Position numbers and translations under genes: made by a program
The notes under the pieces: generated by a model
What the model saw: only the letters and a program-made list of their open reading frames with translations
The model's database searches: none
Told to the model about the DNA's origin: nothing
Origin: an uncultured Dehalococcoidia bacterium
GTDB taxonomy: Bacteria; Chloroflexota; Dehalococcoidia; Lucifugimonadales; UBA3495
Direction: 5' to 3'
Length of the DNA stretch: 64,000 bases
Assembly: GCA_958296225.1 (NCBI GenBank)
Contig: OY282456.1
Span: 2,955,328 to 3,019,327 of the forward strand
Shown: in pieces, positions 61,805 to 64,000 of the stretch
Layout of the letters: every line of letters starts with the position of its first letter
How positions within the stretch are numbered: the first letter of the stretch is position 1

Positions 61805-62974
61805 ATGGCGTTTCCCGAGCGAATGAGGTTTGGAATCTTCCTCGGCCCGTTCCACCGCGTTGGCGAAAACCCGACCCTGGCCATTGAACGCGACCTGGAA
61901 CTGGTGGAATGGCTGGACAAGCTGGGGTTCGATGAGGCTTGGGTTGGGGAGCATCACAGCGCCGGCTGGGAGATTATCTCATCCCCGGAGGTGTTCATCG
62001 CCGCCGCCGCCCAGCGCACCAGCCGCATCAAGCTGGGCACCGGCGTGGTCAGCCTGCCTTATCACCATCCGCTGATGGTGGCCAACCGCATGGTGCAACT
62101 GGACCACATGACCTACGGGCGGGTGCTTTTCGGCGTCGGCCCCGGCGCGCTGCCCGGCGACGCCTATATGATGGGTATTCCCCACGAACTGCAGCGGGAG
62201 CGTATGGACGAGTCTTTGGGCATTATCCTGCGCCTTTTCACGGAGACGGAGCCCATCACCTACCGGAGCGACTGGTTTGAGCTGAAAGAGGGCCTGCTCC
62301 AGCTGCGGCCCTACCAGCGGCCCTATATGCACACCGCCGTGGCTTCGGTGCAATCCCCGGCCGGCGTAACCCTGGCCGGCAAACACGGCTGTTCGGTCTT
62401 GACCATCACCGTGCCCCGAGACCCCTCCGCCGGGCCGTCGGACCTCAAGGGACTGTGGAGCATCGCCGAAGAGTCCGCCGCCGAGCACGGGCAGACCATG
62501 AACCGCGACGACTGGCGGCTGGTGCTGCCCTGCCACCTGGCCGAATCCAGGGAGGAAGCCCTGGCCGACGCCCGCCTCGGCGCCGGCCGCTACCTGCGGG
62601 AATACAGCGAGGGCACCAATGGCCGCCAGCCGGTTTTCGATGGCCCGCTGGACAAGGTAATTGACCACATGGCCGACGCCGGCAGCTGGATTATCGGCAC
62701 GCCCGACGACTGCATCGCCGCCATCGAGCGGCTGGGGGAGCAGAGCGGCGGCTTTGGCGCTTTCCTGGTCCAGACCATCGACTGGGCGCCCCGGGAGAAG
62801 ATGCTGCGCAGCTACGAACTGATGGCCCGCTACGTTATGCCCCACTTCCAGGGCAGCATCCTCAGCACTCAGGCGTCCAATCAGTGGGCCCGAGAGCGGC
62901 AGGATGACCTGGTCAGCGGCCGGGTGCGCGCCATCGACCGGGCCCGGCAGGTGTACGCGGAACGCGCCGGCTAA
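61805..62974 (+). CDS. LLM-class flavin-dependent monooxygenase, paralog of 8290-9456
   Basis: GFDEAWVGEHHSAG, LGTGVVSLPYHHP. Confidence 0.92.
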   Translation: MAFPERMRFGIFLGPFHRVGENPTLAIERDLELVEWLDKLGFDEAWVGEHHSAGWEIISSPEVFIAAAAQRTSRIKLGTGVVSLPYHHPLMVANRMVQLDHMTYGRVLFGVGPGALPGDAYMMGIPHELQRERMDESLGIILRLFTETEPITYRSDWFELKEGLLQLRPYQRPYMHTAVASVQSPAGVTLAGKHGCSVLTITVPRDPSAGPSDLKGLWSIAEESAAEHGQTMNRDDWRLVLPCHLAESREEALADARLGAGRYLREYSEGTNGRQPVFDGPLDKVIDHMADAGSWIIGTPDDCIAAIERLGEQSGGFGAFLVQTIDWAPREKMLRSYELMARYVMPHFQGSILSTQASNQWARERQDDLVSGRVRAIDRARQVYAERAG

Positions 62975-63041
62975 TCGCCCAAATCTTACACACCGGCCCC
63001 GGTTGTTTTGATTCTTGACCGGGGCCTTTACATTCGCTGGC

Positions 63042-63746
63042 TCAGGCCGCCGCCCCCGCTGCCGCCCATTCTACGCCGTTGAGCACGATTTGCTGGAACT
63101 CCGGCGTCTCAAAGCTCCGGCCATCGTGGCCCAGGAGCAGGACGAAAACGTTGCCATCCCCGTACCGGCGGGTCCAGCCCAGGGGGTAGGTGCCGCCGGG
63201 CATAAACTGCGGGTTCCGGTCGGGGCCCCAGGGATAGGTGCCGTCCTCGGCGGCGCCGGTGATGAACACGTCGTTGCCCTCTTTCAGGGCCAGCCCCATA
63301 TACAGCTCGTCGTTGGTGGCGAAGTCTGACACGCCCTTGACCCCGGCATGGCCGGCATCGCTGACGTTGACGGTGAATTGCCCGTAAGGGGGGTGGTAGC
63401 TGGTTCCGCTAATCCAGCCGCCGCCGGTGATGTCGTGGTACTCAGGCCAGGCGGCGGCCACGCAGGTGGCGATATGGAGGCAGACGAACCCCTTGCCCCC
63501 GCTCACGTAGTCCCGCAGGCCCTCCTGCTGCGCCGGGGACAGGCTCCAGTCGCCAAAGTCCGGCACGTTCTCCCGCCGGGTGTTGAAAACCAGAGCGTCG
63601 TACCCGCTCATGGCGGAGCCGTCGGCAAGCACCGACGCATCCTCGGTCACCGTGACCTCGTGTCCCGCTCCGGTGAGAAAAGATTCCAGTACCGGCGTCG
63701 ATTCCTCATAAGGATGACGCCCGCCTGACACTACCAAAAGCTTCAT
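63042..63746 (-). CDS. ThuA-like domain protein
   Basis: GGRHPY, GKGFVCLH, HPPY, DELY, WTRRYG.G.VF..LGHD. Confidence 0.85.
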   Translation of the reverse strand: MKLLVVSGGRHPYEESTPVLESFLTGAGHEVTVTEDASVLADGSAMSGYDALVFNTRRENVPDFGDWSLSPAQQEGLRDYVSGGKGFVCLHIATCVAAAWPEYHDITGGGWISGTSYHPPYGQFTVNVSDAGHAGVKGVSDFATNDELYMGLALKEGNDVFITGAAEDGTYPWGPDRNPQFMPGGTYPLGWTRRYGDGNVFVLLLGHDGRSFETPEFQQIVLNGVEWAAAGAAA

Positions 63747-63919
63747 AATTCGATACCTCCAAACCTGATGTCGGGAATTATAGATTCGCCGGCCGCCGGC
63801 GCCGGCGGCAAACCGCCGCCACGGGCCGGGCCCGGTCGCTGGCGTCCGGCGGATGGGTTACAACCGGCCCGAGTCATTTTACAGGATTGGCCAACCCCCG
63901 GCATCCCCTGGCGCCAAGC

Positions 63920-64000
63920 GGCAGCGTTCCGTTTCAGGTGGTTTGGTTATTCCTCTGCGGTGGTGGGCTGGGTTCATTGGCAATGCGTCCTTTTGCTGGT
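63920..64000. mobile_element. MITE-like element copy 3 (left end only, truncated by the window)
   Basis: GGCAGCGTTCCGTTTCAGGTGGTTTGG.TATTCCTCTG... matches copies 1 and 2. Confidence 0.8.

Overview
GC-rich bacterial chromosome segment. The 16S rRNA gene and gene content (three luciferase-like monooxygenases, an F420-dependent PPOX protein, TPP enzyme, HAD dehalogenase) point to Chloroflexota, probably Dehalococcoidia/SAR202-like; this is inference. Most of the window is housekeeping or metabolic: cca, proS, pyk, gltBD, rsfS, ndk, tsaBE, thiL, a stand-alone 16S, leuB, metF, acpS, nnr, radC, hemD with a sulfite/nitrite reductase, pstCAB-phoU, ggt. The most interesting signals are: (1) a ~555-bp non-autonomous element present three times, sharing ends with a frameshifted IS256-superfamily IS nested in one copy, and carrying a near-consensus sigma70 promoter upstream of a conserved ~223-nt self-pairing putative ncRNA; (2) an apparently leaderless Cys-rich 24-aa leader peptide with antiterminator/terminator hairpins upstream of the sulfite reductase, i.e. 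a candidate cysteine attenuator; (3) two orphan phage tail-tube-like paralogs; (4) PstC with an inserted fibronectin-III-like domain; (5) a four-gene tandem array of membrane-anchored coiled-coil proteins with variable heptad number and an HxH tail. All family calls come from motif recognition, not database searches.
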